Shown piece after piece: positions 28,579 to 37,444 of a stretch of 64,000 nt of DNA. Location: NCBI GenBank assembly GCA_937139155.1, contig CAKZPI010000021.1:81339-145338 (forward strand), in the 5' to 3' direction. Each line of letters starts with the position of its first letter. Within the stretch, counting starts at the first letter, position 1. The stretch is from an uncultured Flavobacteriales bacterium (GTDB lineage: Bacteria > Bacteroidota > Bacteroidia > Flavobacteriales > JBLHRE01). A program made the position numbers and the translations under genes. A model generated the notes under the pieces. That model saw only the letters and a list, made by a program, of their open reading frames with translations. It made no database searches and was not told where the DNA came from.

Positions 28579-31365
28579 ATGGAGCTTGACTTTCAGAAAA
28601 TAGATAAAAACTGGCAATCGTACTGGAAAGAAAAAGAGGTTTTTAAGGCCTCTAACCAAAGCGATAAACCTAAGTACTATGTGCTTGATATGTTTCCTTA
28701 CCCCTCTGGGGCGGGATTGCATGTGGGCCATCCCTTAGGCTATATTGCTTCTGATATTTACGCCAGATTTAAAAGACATAAAGGGTTTAATGTATTACAC
28801 CCCATGGGGTTTGATGCCTTTGGCTTGCCTGCCGAGCAATATGCCATTCAAACCGGTCAACATCCTGCAATAACTACCCAGGATAATCTTACCCGATACA
28901 AGGCTCAAATGAACCAACTTGGATTTAGTTTTGACTGGAGCAGAGAGGTGCAAACCTGTGATCCGAATTACTACCGTTGGACCCAATGGATATTCCTTCA
29001 GCTATTCAATGCCTGGTATGATGAAGCCCAGAACAAGGCACGTCCTATTCAAGATTTAATCGAGCATTTCGAGGCTCATGGAACTCAGGGCTTAAGAGCT
29101 AGTCAAGGGGAAGAAATCCATTTTTCAGCTGAAGAATGGAAGGCCTTCTCAGAAGCAGAAAAAGCAGAGAGGCTTTTGAATTTTAGATTGGCTTATCGGT
29201 CTGAATCCATGGTGAACTGGTGTCCGGCTCTGGGTACTGTTCTTGCCAATGATGAGGTAAAAGACGGGCTTTCTGAACGAGGAGGGCATCCGGTGATTCA
29301 GAAAAAAATGATGCAGTGGAGCTTGAGAATCTCGGCATACGCTCAGAGGCTATTAGATGGTCTGAATGAAATCGATTGGTCTGATGCCTTGAAAGAATCA
29401 CAAAAAAACTGGATTGGTCGATCGGAAGGTGCTTCCGTTCAATTCCAAATCAAGGGGCATGATAAGAAGCTTGAGATATTCACCACACGTCCAGATACCA
29501 TTTTTGGAAGTAGTTTCATGGTTATGGCTCCTGAGCATCCTTGGGTGGGTGAAATCACTAGTGAAGCTCAAAAAAAGGAGGTAGAAGCCTACCAAACCGA
29601 GGCTGCAAAAAGGTCTGAACGTGACCGGATGGCAGATACCAAGTCTGTGACCGGGGCTTTCACGGGGGCTTATGCCTCCCATCCTTTCACGGGCAAGGAG
29701 ATACCGATTTACATCGCGGATTACGTGCTTGCCAATTATGGAACTGGAGCCGTTATGGCTGTACCTGGGCATGATTCAAGAGATTATGCTTTTGCTCGAA
29801 AATTTGACCTACCCATATTGGAGGTGGTTGAAGGAGGAAACCTGGAAGAGGCCGCATATGAGGCAAAATCAGGCAACTTGGTGAATTCTGATTTCATCTC
29901 CGGAATGAAGGTGGAAGAAGGTATTCAAAAGGTCATCCAAGAGCTGGAGAAAAGAAATCTCGGCAAAGGAGAAATCAACTACCGACTTAGAGACGCTGTT
30001 TTTGGAAGGCAAAGGTATTGGGGTGAACCCATCCCCATTTATTTCGAAAACGGCATTCCGAAACCAGTTAAGGATTCACACTTGCCCTTGGAGCTACCTG
30101 AAGTAGATAAATACTTACCTACCGAAGATGGAGAGCCTCCATTGGCCCGTGCTGAGAAATGGTATTACCACCCCGATAAAGGCTTGGTGAATCAAGAAGA
30201 AGGGTTTCCATTGGAAACTACAACCATGCCTGGATGGGCAGGTTCCTCTTGGTATTGGCTAAGGTATATGGATGCTGGAAATTCAGATGAATTTTTGAAT
30301 CCTGAAATAGAATCGTATTGGAATTCGGTGGACCTATACATAGGTGGGGCTGAACATGCTACTGGGCATTTACTTTACAGCCGTTTCTGGCAAAAAGCTT
30401 TGAAAGACCTTGGTTTCCTTTCGGCCGAAGAGCCTTTCAAAAAACTGGTAAACCAAGGAATGATTCAAGGGCAATCAAGTTTTGTTTACCGATTGAAAAA
30501 CGAGAATACCTTTGTTTCACACGGACTGATAGACAAATACGAAACCATTGCCATCCACGCTGATGTTTCAATGGTACATCAGGATGTTTTGGATCTAGAA
30601 GCCTTCAAAGCATGGAGAGAAGATTTCAAAGACGCCAAATTTATTTTAGAAGACGGAAAATACATCTGTGGCTCTGAGGTTGAGAAAATGTCTAAGTCGA
30701 AATTCAATGTGGTAACCCCGGATGAAATCATTGAGAAGTTTGGGGCAGACACCCTGAGAATGTATGAAATGTTCTTAGGCCCTCTTGAGCAACATAAACC
30801 TTGGAATACCCATGGAATCACAGGGGTTCATGGGTTTTTGAAGAAGTTTTGGAAGCTTTATTTTGACGAGAAGGGCCTAAGGGTTCAAAACTCGAAACCT
30901 AGTAAGGAGGCTTTGAAAGCTTTGCATACCCTTTTGAAAAAGGTGAACGAAGATTTTGAAAATCTTTCCTTCAATACATCGGTTTCGGCCTTTATGATTT
31001 GTGTTAACGAGCTTTCTAAATTAAAGATAGACTCTAGAGAAATTCTAGAGCCTTTGGTGGTAGCACTTTCCCCCTTTGCCCCTCATATTTCAGAAGAGAT
31101 ATGGAAAAACTTGGGCCATGATGGAGGGATTTCCTTTGAAGCATATCCCCAAGCTGAAGAAGCTTTTTTGATTGAGTCAAGCCATGAGTACCCGGTGAGT
31201 TTCAACGGAAAAATGAGGTTTAAAAAATCCTTTGGCTTAGACCTTTCTAAGGATGAAATTGAGAAGGCAATTTTGGTCGATGAACAAAGTCAGAAATACC
31301 TTGAGGGGAAAACCCCAAAGAAGGTAATTGTGGTTCCGAAGCGGATCATCAATATTGTGGTTTAA
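28579..31365 (+). CDS. leuS: leucine--tRNA ligase
   Basis: I placed the start at the ATG at 28579 ([16 protein letters not shown], the typical LeuS N-terminus). The HIGH motif is HVGHPLGY and the KMSKS motif is KMSKSK. About 928 aa. Confidence 0.96.
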   Translation: MELDFQKIDKNWQSYWKEKEVFKASNQSDKPKYYVLDMFPYPSGAGLHVGHPLGYIASDIYARFKRHKGFNVLHPMGFDAFGLPAEQYAIQTGQHPAITTQDNLTRYKAQMNQLGFSFDWSREVQTCDPNYYRWTQWIFLQLFNAWYDEAQNKARPIQDLIEHFEAHGTQGLRASQGEEIHFSAEEWKAFSEAEKAERLLNFRLAYRSESMVNWCPALGTVLANDEVKDGLSERGGHPVIQKKMMQWSLRISAYAQRLLDGLNEIDWSDALKESQKNWIGRSEGASVQFQIKGHDKKLEIFTTRPDTIFGSSFMVMAPEHPWVGEITSEAQKKEVEAYQTEAAKRSERDRMADTKSVTGAFTGAYASHPFTGKEIPIYIADYVLANYGTGAVMAVPGHDSRDYAFARKFDLPILEVVEGGNLEEAAYEAKSGNLVNSDFISGMKVEEGIQKVIQELEKRNLGKGEINYRLRDAVFGRQRYWGEPIPIYFENGIPKPVKDSHLPLELPEVDKYLPTEDGEPPLARAEKWYYHPDKGLVNQEEGFPLETTTMPGWAGSSWYWLRYMDAGNSDEFLNPEIESYWNSVDLYIGGAEHATGHLLYSRFWQKALKDLGFLSAEEPFKKLVNQGMIQGQSSFVYRLKNENTFVSHGLIDKYETIAIHADVSMVHQDVLDLEAFKAWREDFKDAKFILEDGKYICGSEVEKMSKSKFNVVTPDEIIEKFGADTLRMYEMFLGPLEQHKPWNTHGITGVHGFLKKFWKLYFDEKGLRVQNSKPSKEALKALHTLLKKVNEDFENLSFNTSVSAFMICVNELSKLKIDSREILEPLVVALSPFAPHISEEIWKNLGHDGGISFEAYPQAEEAFLIESSHEYPVSFNGKMRFKKSFGLDLSKDEIEKAILVDEQSQKYLEGKTPKKVIVVPKRIINIVV

Positions 31366-32153
31366 GCAATTTCCTCCTCCAATTTTTCAAGGAGTGAATC
31401 TAGTTTACTCAGGTCTTTCACCCGCTTGAGTTTATAAACCGGAATGGAATTTACAAGATGCCCAACCTGTAAAAAGGTCTGGGCTTCTTTTTTTCCATGT
31501 AGATAGAAAAGAGGTTTTACCTGGGCCAAAAGACTTTGAAAAGCATCTTGTCCGGTGAGCTTTTCAATTCCTGCCTCTTCCGCAAAATCAAGAATGAATA
31601 AGGCCGAAAGTGGTCCGGGTGGATTTTTATCTACCTCAAGATCTAGGCTGTACTTATCGTGGTCTGGATGAATTTGAGTTTTTTCTTCCTCAGGGTTTCC
31701 GAAGTAATCAAGGGCGTCTCCCCAAAGCCTCATTTGGGCCAGTCCTGGAAGAAGTTCATTTGAGGAGTGCACATCTTTGAAGGCAATGAAATCGTCAGAA
31801 ATCAAATCATGTCCTCTTCTCATCATGGCTTTTGCTGTGGTTGACTTCCCCATTCCGCTAAAGCCAAGGAACCCTATAATTTTCCCATTTACTTTTAGGC
31901 AAGAACCGTGAAGTACAAGATGCCCCCTCATGAAGAGTTGAGTGGTATATGGCGAACCAGAAGCGTAGACCGCAACTCGTTTAGGGTCAACGCCCTTTTC
32001 AGGAAGGGTGTCCATTTTACCTCCCTCATAAATAATGAACCTACCAACGTCTTCCCAAAACAATTCAATCCGGTTTTCAAAGACCTGGAAAAAAGAGCCT
32101 TCCCTAATTGGGGTTTCAGAGGTTTTCAAATCGGACGATTTCATGGTATTCAT
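31362..32153 (-). CDS. HPr-kinase-like (HprK-related) kinase
   Basis: 263 aa. [41 protein letters not shown] matches the HprK C-terminal-domain P-loop pattern (G.SG.GKS...RGH.L..DD). The start overlaps the B2-like gene by 38 nt. Confidence 0.75.
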   Translation of the reverse strand: MNTMKSSDLKTSETPIREGSFFQVFENRIELFWEDVGRFIIYEGGKMDTLPEKGVDPKRVAVYASGSPYTTQLFMRGHLVLHGSCLKVNGKIIGFLGFSGMGKSTTAKAMMRRGHDLISDDFIAFKDVHSSNELLPGLAQMRLWGDALDYFGNPEEEKTQIHPDHDKYSLDLEVDKNPPGPLSALFILDFAEEAGIEKLTGQDAFQSLLAQVKPLFYLHGKKEAQTFLQVGHLVNSIPVYKLKRVKDLSKLDSLLEKLEEEIA

Positions 32154-32580
32154 TTAAATCGGGTAAGTTACCCAGTAAAATTTCATCCTTTTTCAAGAGC
32201 CAGGCATGTGCCTTAAATTCTTCATGATCCTTTCTTACCCCAATAACCACCGAGGTTTTAATTCCTTGTAATTTGCATTGCATATGTCCGGAAAGCGCTT
32301 GATACAAACAGGGGCGACCCGCAGGGGCAAAGTATTTACAGGCCCGTTTATTGGCCAAAACCAATTGGTCAAGACTGAAATCTTCATCCTTTTTTCGAGA
32401 ATCAAGTTCAGTTTTGAACCATTCTTTAAATTCTGGAAAGGACTTTTTCTTGAGCTCTTTTCTAAGAATCATCACATCGTAAAACGCCTTGTGAAAGGCC
32501 CTTCTTTCCTTCCCTCTTAATTGCAGGTATTTAATTAGGGGAAACACAGGCAACCAGTCCTTCTTTTTCCAAATCCGCAA
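32116..32580 (-). CDS. lasso-peptide B2-like transglutaminase-fold cysteine protease
   Basis: 154 aa. The Cys (GRPCLYQALS, C91) ... His (KAHAWLL, H125) ... Asp (KKDEIL, D132) spacing matches McjB-C-terminal/B2-type proteins. It overlaps the PqqD gene by 50 nt. Confidence 0.75.
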   Translation of the reverse strand: MRIWKKKDWLPVFPLIKYLQLRGKERRAFHKAFYDVMILRKELKKKSFPEFKEWFKTELDSRKKDEDFSLDQLVLANKRACKYFAPAGRPCLYQALSGHMQCKLQGIKTSVVIGVRKDHEEFKAHAWLLKKDEILLGNLPDLNEYHEIVRFENL

Positions 32581-32812
32581 TCAATTCTTTAAGGTCTTGG
32601 GCAGCAGTTTCCTTTTCTACATCAAATTCTGAGGTAATTTTATCGATCAGGTCCTCCAAGGTTTTCTCCTCTTGTATTAAGTCCCATATAAAACTACCAA
32701 CCTCATTTAATGTATAGTAAATGCCTGTTTCTGTGTGGAGTATGGCTTTCTCGCCTTGAATATCACAATGAACTTGTTCACTGCTTTGCTTAACTTTCAA
32801 CTTCAAATTCAT
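32531..32812 (-). CDS. PqqD family protein (RiPP recognition element, lasso B1-like)
   Basis: 93 aa. GIYYTLNEVGSFIWDLIQEEKTLEDLIDKI...AQDLKELIADLEKEGLV is the canonical PqqD/RRE pattern. The ATG overlaps the upstream stop (ATGA). Confidence 0.8.
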   Translation of the reverse strand: MNLKLKVKQSSEQVHCDIQGEKAILHTETGIYYTLNEVGSFIWDLIQEEKTLEDLIDKITSEFDVEKETAAQDLKELIADLEKEGLVACVSPN

Positions 32813-33348
32813 CTTGGGTGTCTATTTGGCTGGAAAGATGCCATTATTTTTTGATGCGTAAAAAGAGATTTCTGCAAATTGTTTTCCAGCGAGAGCCAAA
32901 GGATTAACCCATATTCACTGAGGTAGAAAAAATGGTCGTGGAAGAATTCAAAAACCGATTGAAACTCAAGCCAAATCCAGCTTAAGCTGACCAACCTAAG
33001 CGCTTGAAATAGGAATAGTAGTACGATGCCAAAGCTTATTTTACCAAGGTAGGAAGTTAAAGAGCTTGAGAGAATGATGCTCAAACCAAGGAAAAGGGAG
33101 AGGGCTTTCCATCCGGTACAAGAGAAAACAATTTCAAGACATGGGGTTTCATTTATAATGACCCATGAATTATGAATTTGGTAATCAGAACTGAGAAAGA
33201 AAAGGCTTAAAATCCAGGCTGTAGTTTTGCCCCAAAACTGAATTAGTAATTCTTGAAACCCAGGAATTTTAGGAGGAAGAAAGGCCAATGCCAGAAAGGT
33301 GAATAGGCCAAGGTTAAGCTTTATCAGGAAAAGTTTTAGGTGGTTCAT
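32809..33348 (-). CDS. exosortase/archaeosortase-like polytopic membrane protein
   Basis: 179 aa from the ATG at 33348; the track ORF starts at TTG 33381. About 5-6 TM. Numbering from 33381: LEIVFSCTGWKALSLFL (C88) resembles the exosortase CSGlrsl motif, then ALRLVSL (R129, 41 aa later), then EFFHDHFFY (H148/H150). This is the Cys/Arg/His order and spacing of the family. Assignment is from motif reading only. Confidence 0.6.
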   Translation of the reverse strand: MNHLKLFLIKLNLGLFTFLALAFLPPKIPGFQELLIQFWGKTTAWILSLFFLSSDYQIHNSWVIINETPCLEIVFSCTGWKALSLFLGLSIILSSSLTSYLGKISFGIVLLFLFQALRLVSLSWIWLEFQSVFEFFHDHFFYLSEYGLILWLSLENNLQKSLFTHQKIMASFQPNRHPR

Positions 33349-33427
33349 ACCTCGAATATCGGAAATTTTTAAAACTTGCAATCCTTGCCTGAAATTATAA
33401 TACTTTAGCAGATTAAATCAGAGAACT

Positions 33428-34303
33428 ATGGCATTTTCAATTGAGCGGCTCAACCGTAGAAGGCTAAGAACCTCTTACATTTCTGTGATCATAAGTCTGT
33501 CTTTGGTTCTTTTTACCTTGGGTTTATTGGGTCTTTTGATTTTAAACGCCAAGCACCTTTCAGATCAGGTAAGGGAAGATTTTGCCATGACCTTAATTCT
33601 TGATCCGGATGCGAAGGAGGTTGAGGTTAGGGAGTTTCAAAAAGGCTTAGAAGTGGCTGAATATGTGAAAGGCACTGAATATATATCAAAGGAAGAGGCT
33701 GCTGAAGACTTGGCCAATGAATTGGATGAGAATTTTGTTGAATTTTTAGGCTTTAATCCACTTTCAGATGCCATTGAAGTTCATTTCCGCGCAGACTATA
33801 CCCATCCAGATAGTTTGAGCTTGGTTGAAACCGAATTGAGAAAACAAGGGGTAATCAAGGATGTGGTTTATGACAAGCCACTTTTGGAAATGATGAACGA
33901 AAACATCCGCAAAATTTCCATTGGAATTTTAGGAGTAAGCCTTCTTTTGGTCATCATTGCTTTCGGTTTGATCAATTCCTCAATTCGCCTGGCAATTTAT
34001 TCCAAGCGGTTTTTAATAAAGACCATGCAATTGGTTGGTGCTACCAAACGTTTCATCCGGAAACCCTTCTTGGGAAGGAGTGTTCGACATGGATTTATAA
34101 GCGCCGTGGTTGCTGTAGGTTTGATTTATGGAATGCTTCAATTGGTGGAGACCAACTTTCCGGAAGTTGCTGTTTTAAAAGATTATAAAATCATGGGCAT
34201 AATGGCAGGAGGTCTTGTAGTAGCCGGAATTTTCATTTCGTACTTTTGCACCTTCTTAGCGGTTAAGAGATACCTGAACTTACGTACTGATCAACTCTAT
34301 TGA
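33428..34303 (+). CDS. ftsX: cell division protein FtsX
   Basis: 291 aa with an N-terminal TM, a periplasmic domain and 3 C-terminal TM. The conserved stretch is MQLVGATKRFIRKPF. Confidence 0.88.
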   Translation: MAFSIERLNRRRLRTSYISVIISLSLVLFTLGLLGLLILNAKHLSDQVREDFAMTLILDPDAKEVEVREFQKGLEVAEYVKGTEYISKEEAAEDLANELDENFVEFLGFNPLSDAIEVHFRADYTHPDSLSLVETELRKQGVIKDVVYDKPLLEMMNENIRKISIGILGVSLLLVIIAFGLINSSIRLAIYSKRFLIKTMQLVGATKRFIRKPFLGRSVRHGFISAVVAVGLIYGMLQLVETNFPEVAVLKDYKIMGIMAGGLVVAGIFISYFCTFLAVKRYLNLRTDQLY

Positions 34304-34304
34304 G

Positions 34305-34535
34305 ATGGAAGAAAACAAAGGATTTATATTCGAGAGAATCAATTATATCATACTCGCCGTAGGCGTTGTAGTCATGGCCCTTGGCTTTGCTTTGATGGTA
34401 GGAGGAGCAAGCGAAGACCCCAATGTATTTAATCCGGAGGTTTATAGCTTTCGAAGAATTACCTTGGCCCCCATTGTAATTGTTTTGGGCCTTGGCATTG
34501 AGCTTCTGGCCATTATGTACCGTCCGAAAAAATAA
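34305..34535 (+). CDS. DUF3098-like small membrane protein
   Basis: 76 aa with two TM. It is the conserved partner directly downstream of ftsX in Bacteroidota. Confidence 0.7.
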   Translation: MEENKGFIFERINYIILAVGVVVMALGFALMVGGASEDPNVFNPEVYSFRRITLAPIVIVLGLGIELLAIMYRPKK

Positions 34536-34537
34536 GC

Positions 34538-35329
34538 ATGAATTTTTGGGAAGCCCTAATTCTGGGCATTATTCAAGGCCTTACTGAGTTTTTGCCAGTA
34601 AGTAGCTCTGGGCATATTGAATTGGGCAAGGCCCTTTTAGATGTAGAGCCCAAAGACCCCCTTCTGTTTTCAGTAATGGTGCATGCAGCAACGGCCCTCA
34701 GCACCTTGGTGGTATTTCGAAAAACCATCCTCGACCTTTTCAAAGACCTCTTCAAGTTCAAATGGAACGAAGGAACTCGGTACATTTTCTTAATTGTGGT
34801 TTCCATGATTCCTGTTGGCATCGTGGGGGTGTTTTTTGAACAAGAAATTGAGGTGCTTTTTGAAGGGAATATTTTGCTGGTGGGCTGTATGCTTATGGTT
34901 ACGGCCTTTTTGCTTTTTGCCACCACCAAGATTTCAGATAAAAAACAAGACGTTACGATTAAACGCTCTGTTTTGGTTGGAATAGCCCAGGCAATTGCTG
35001 TTTTACCAGGGATTTCTAGATCGGGTGCAACCATTTCCACGGCCCTTTTATCCGGAATGGGAAGGCAAGAGGCTGCCCGTTTCTCCTTTCTAATGGTTTT
35101 GCCCCCCATTCTTGGAGCAACCTTATTGAAACTGAAAGATTATTTAGAAGCAGGGGCTTCGGTTGAGGTTGAAACTCAGTCTTTGGTCGTTGGTTTTCTT
35201 GGGGCTTTCCTTACGGGATGGGCTGCCTGTACATGGATGATTGCCATTGTGAAAAGGGCCAAACTTCAATACTTTGCTTACTACTGCGGAGTGGTGGGGA
35301 TAATAGCCATCATTAGCCACTGGTTTTAA
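34538..35329 (+). CDS. uppP: undecaprenyl-diphosphate phosphatase
   Basis: 263 aa. BacA motifs are EFLPVSSSGH and PGISRSGATIS. Confidence 0.93.
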   Translation: MNFWEALILGIIQGLTEFLPVSSSGHIELGKALLDVEPKDPLLFSVMVHAATALSTLVVFRKTILDLFKDLFKFKWNEGTRYIFLIVVSMIPVGIVGVFFEQEIEVLFEGNILLVGCMLMVTAFLLFATTKISDKKQDVTIKRSVLVGIAQAIAVLPGISRSGATISTALLSGMGRQEAARFSFLMVLPPILGATLLKLKDYLEAGASVEVETQSLVVGFLGAFLTGWAACTWMIAIVKRAKLQYFAYYCGVVGIIAIISHWF

Positions 35330-36051
35330 TGCAGGAGGTTAATCCAGATAATCCCTACCGGAAAGGACAGGTTTTATTGTTTGATAAACCTGAAACCTGG
35401 ACTAGCTTTCAGGTGGTGAAGCTTGTTAAAACCCGCCTTAAATACGATTGTGGTTTAAAGAAAATCAAGGTTGGGCATGCCGGTACTTTAGATCCTTTGG
35501 CTACGGGACTCCTCATAGTATGCACCGGTAAGAAAACCAAGGAAATTCAAGACTTCATGGGTCAGGAAAAGGTGTATGAAGGATCTTTGGTTTTAGGAGC
35601 CACCCGACCCTCAGTAGATCGAGAAACCGAAATAGATCAAGAATTTCCAGTTGATCATATTGGTTCGGAAATGATTGAGAAGGTTCGTCAGAGTTTTCTG
35701 GGCGAAACCGATCAATTTCCACCTTCTTTTTCCGCGGTTAAAAAAGACGGGAAAAGAGCCTATGAATTGGCTCGGGAAGGGAAGGAGGTTGACCTGAAGT
35801 CGAGGAAGGTTGTTATCAAAGAGTTTGGAATTTGCCCCATGGGAAACAACGAATACGCTTTTCGAGTGGTTTGTTCGAAAGGAACCTATATCCGAAGCTT
35901 AGTGCGTGATTTCGGAGAAAAATTAAACTCCGGAGCATGGATGAATACTCTTCGGCGCACAGGCATTGGATCCTACTCGGTTCAAGATGCCATTCACCCC
36001 AAAAGTTTTGCGCCCAGCAATGATCAAGGCGCTTCCTCTTCAGTAGAATAA
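35329..36051 (+). CDS. truB: tRNA pseudouridine(55) synthase
   Basis: 240 aa. The catalytic motif is GHAGTLDPLATGLL. Confidence 0.93.
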   Translation: MQEVNPDNPYRKGQVLLFDKPETWTSFQVVKLVKTRLKYDCGLKKIKVGHAGTLDPLATGLLIVCTGKKTKEIQDFMGQEKVYEGSLVLGATRPSVDRETEIDQEFPVDHIGSEMIEKVRQSFLGETDQFPPSFSAVKKDGKRAYELAREGKEVDLKSRKVVIKEFGICPMGNNEYAFRVVCSKGTYIRSLVRDFGEKLNSGAWMNTLRRTGIGSYSVQDAIHPKSFAPSNDQGASSSVE

Positions 36052-37256
36052 TGCTGGCTATAAGGGATGACCGCAGGGTTACCTAAGAAGCCTAATTCGT
36101 CTAAAAGGGTTGTAATTAAAGGCCGGTAAAAATGGAAGAAGAACCTACTTCGATCAAGAGGTTCTGTTGTATACAGCAGGAAGTCTAAATAATGGATTCC
36201 TTTAAAATAAGAAGCTGAATAAGGAACCAGATTATCCGCATAATCCGCGCAGAAATACCAGGTTAATCCATCTCTAGACTTAATCAATGCAGGGAATGTG
36301 TTTTCAATTCCCATACTGGCCAAAAGGCTATCACCGCTGGGTAAAGTTTCAATTCTAAAAACACCCATGCTCTCAGCATCGGTGCCCGCTCTGGGGTAGG
36401 TAACATCAAACCAGAAGGGGTATGGAACCCTTTCTCTTGTACCGTAATGTTCTGAAAAAACGGTGTCAACCTCAATATGGGGCATGGGGTCTGAAACATG
36501 CACCTCTTCATCGAATACCTCGATCCGCTCCGATTCATGTACAAAGGCCAATCCAGGGCCTTCAAAGGGCCACCTTCCTCCATGTTGCTCTTTGTACCCT
36601 CGAATAAGCCATTTAGGAAGTTCGGGATTTTTGGTAGAGTCTAATTCGTCAAAAAACCGTCCGGTCCAGCCCGACCAGTTTACATTCAGCAATTCCTCAG
36701 CTCGTTGTCGTACGTATCCTCCAGTAGGTGAAGCAAAGGTGTTAAACTCACCCCACATGGGTTTCCCTTGGTCTACCACCCGTTCCATTACCCGTATTTC
36801 ATTCCGCTTTAAGCCACCATAAACAAGAGGTGAATGTTCAGTGAGCAAAGAATCTAAAATCCACTCGTTATAATACACCCCGTAGGTATCGGTGAGGTAG
36901 AGAAGCTCGGTGGTATCTGCAAGGGAGTCTAATTGGTTTCTACTGAAAAACCGCCAATCCCGAGCAATGGGTTTGGGGTGCTCTCTGGGGTCAAAACCGT
37001 AATAATCTTGATTGAAGATGTAATAGCGATTGCTATGATCTACCAATTTCTCATAATTGAGAATCCAGTGAAAAGCTATGTGTTCAAAATAATCTTCGCT
37101 CGGAACAGTTTTGTCAAGAATGGTAACATTGATGGGATGCTCATCACTGGTGGTCCACCAGATGTATGACCAAATGGGTGAGAAAACCAAGAAAAGGAAT
37201 AATACCCGTATAATGGCAAAAACGCCGATTTTCCGAAAGGGTCTGAACTTTTTCAT
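36024..37256 (-). CDS. membrane-anchored hypothetical protein
   Basis: 410 aa with an N-terminal TM anchor (IGVFAIIRVLFLFLVFSPIW) and a large Trp/Tyr-rich globular region. I do not recognise a family. It converges on truB with a 28-nt overlap. Confidence 0.5.
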   Translation of the reverse strand: MKKFRPFRKIGVFAIIRVLFLFLVFSPIWSYIWWTTSDEHPINVTILDKTVPSEDYFEHIAFHWILNYEKLVDHSNRYYIFNQDYYGFDPREHPKPIARDWRFFSRNQLDSLADTTELLYLTDTYGVYYNEWILDSLLTEHSPLVYGGLKRNEIRVMERVVDQGKPMWGEFNTFASPTGGYVRQRAEELLNVNWSGWTGRFFDELDSTKNPELPKWLIRGYKEQHGGRWPFEGPGLAFVHESERIEVFDEEVHVSDPMPHIEVDTVFSEHYGTRERVPYPFWFDVTYPRAGTDAESMGVFRIETLPSGDSLLASMGIENTFPALIKSRDGLTWYFCADYADNLVPYSASYFKGIHYLDFLLYTTEPLDRSRFFFHFYRPLITTLLDELGFLGNPAVIPYSQHYSTEEEAP

Positions 37257-37374
37257 ATTGCGATGTGAGCCTAAAGATATAAAGGAAATATAAGGTATAA
37301 ACGAAACATGATTTAATTCATATTTAAAGCTTGAATCTCCCTGATTTTTCTAAGGATTTCGGCAAAAAATAGAA

Positions 37375-37409
37375 AAACCTCGCCCGATGGTCAAAAAGGG
37401 ACGAGGTTT
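37375..37409 (-). terminator. rho-independent terminator after the ABC permease gene
   Basis: Minus-strand reading: aaacctcgtccc / loop / gggcgaggttt, followed by TTTTCTATTTTTTG. Confidence 0.6.
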
Positions 37410-37444
37410 CTCACACACACCACGAAAACTACTCAAAAAAGGCT

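Noticed and set aside
31362-33381. Annotating the cassette as a complete lasso peptide biosynthetic gene cluster.
   Set aside because: No asparagine-synthetase-like cyclase (C protein) and no precursor ORF are present in this window. Only B1-like, B2-like and kinase-like components are present.
34573-35109. 178-aa minus-strand ORF inside uppP.
   Set aside because: It is antisense to the strongly supported undecaprenyl-diphosphatase gene and is a typical shadow ORF.
36284-36822. ORFs 36284-36583 (-), 36422-36607 (+) and 36463-36822 (+).
   Set aside because: They are alternate-frame or antisense overlaps of the 410-aa ORF at 36024-37256. None has motifs or independent boundaries.
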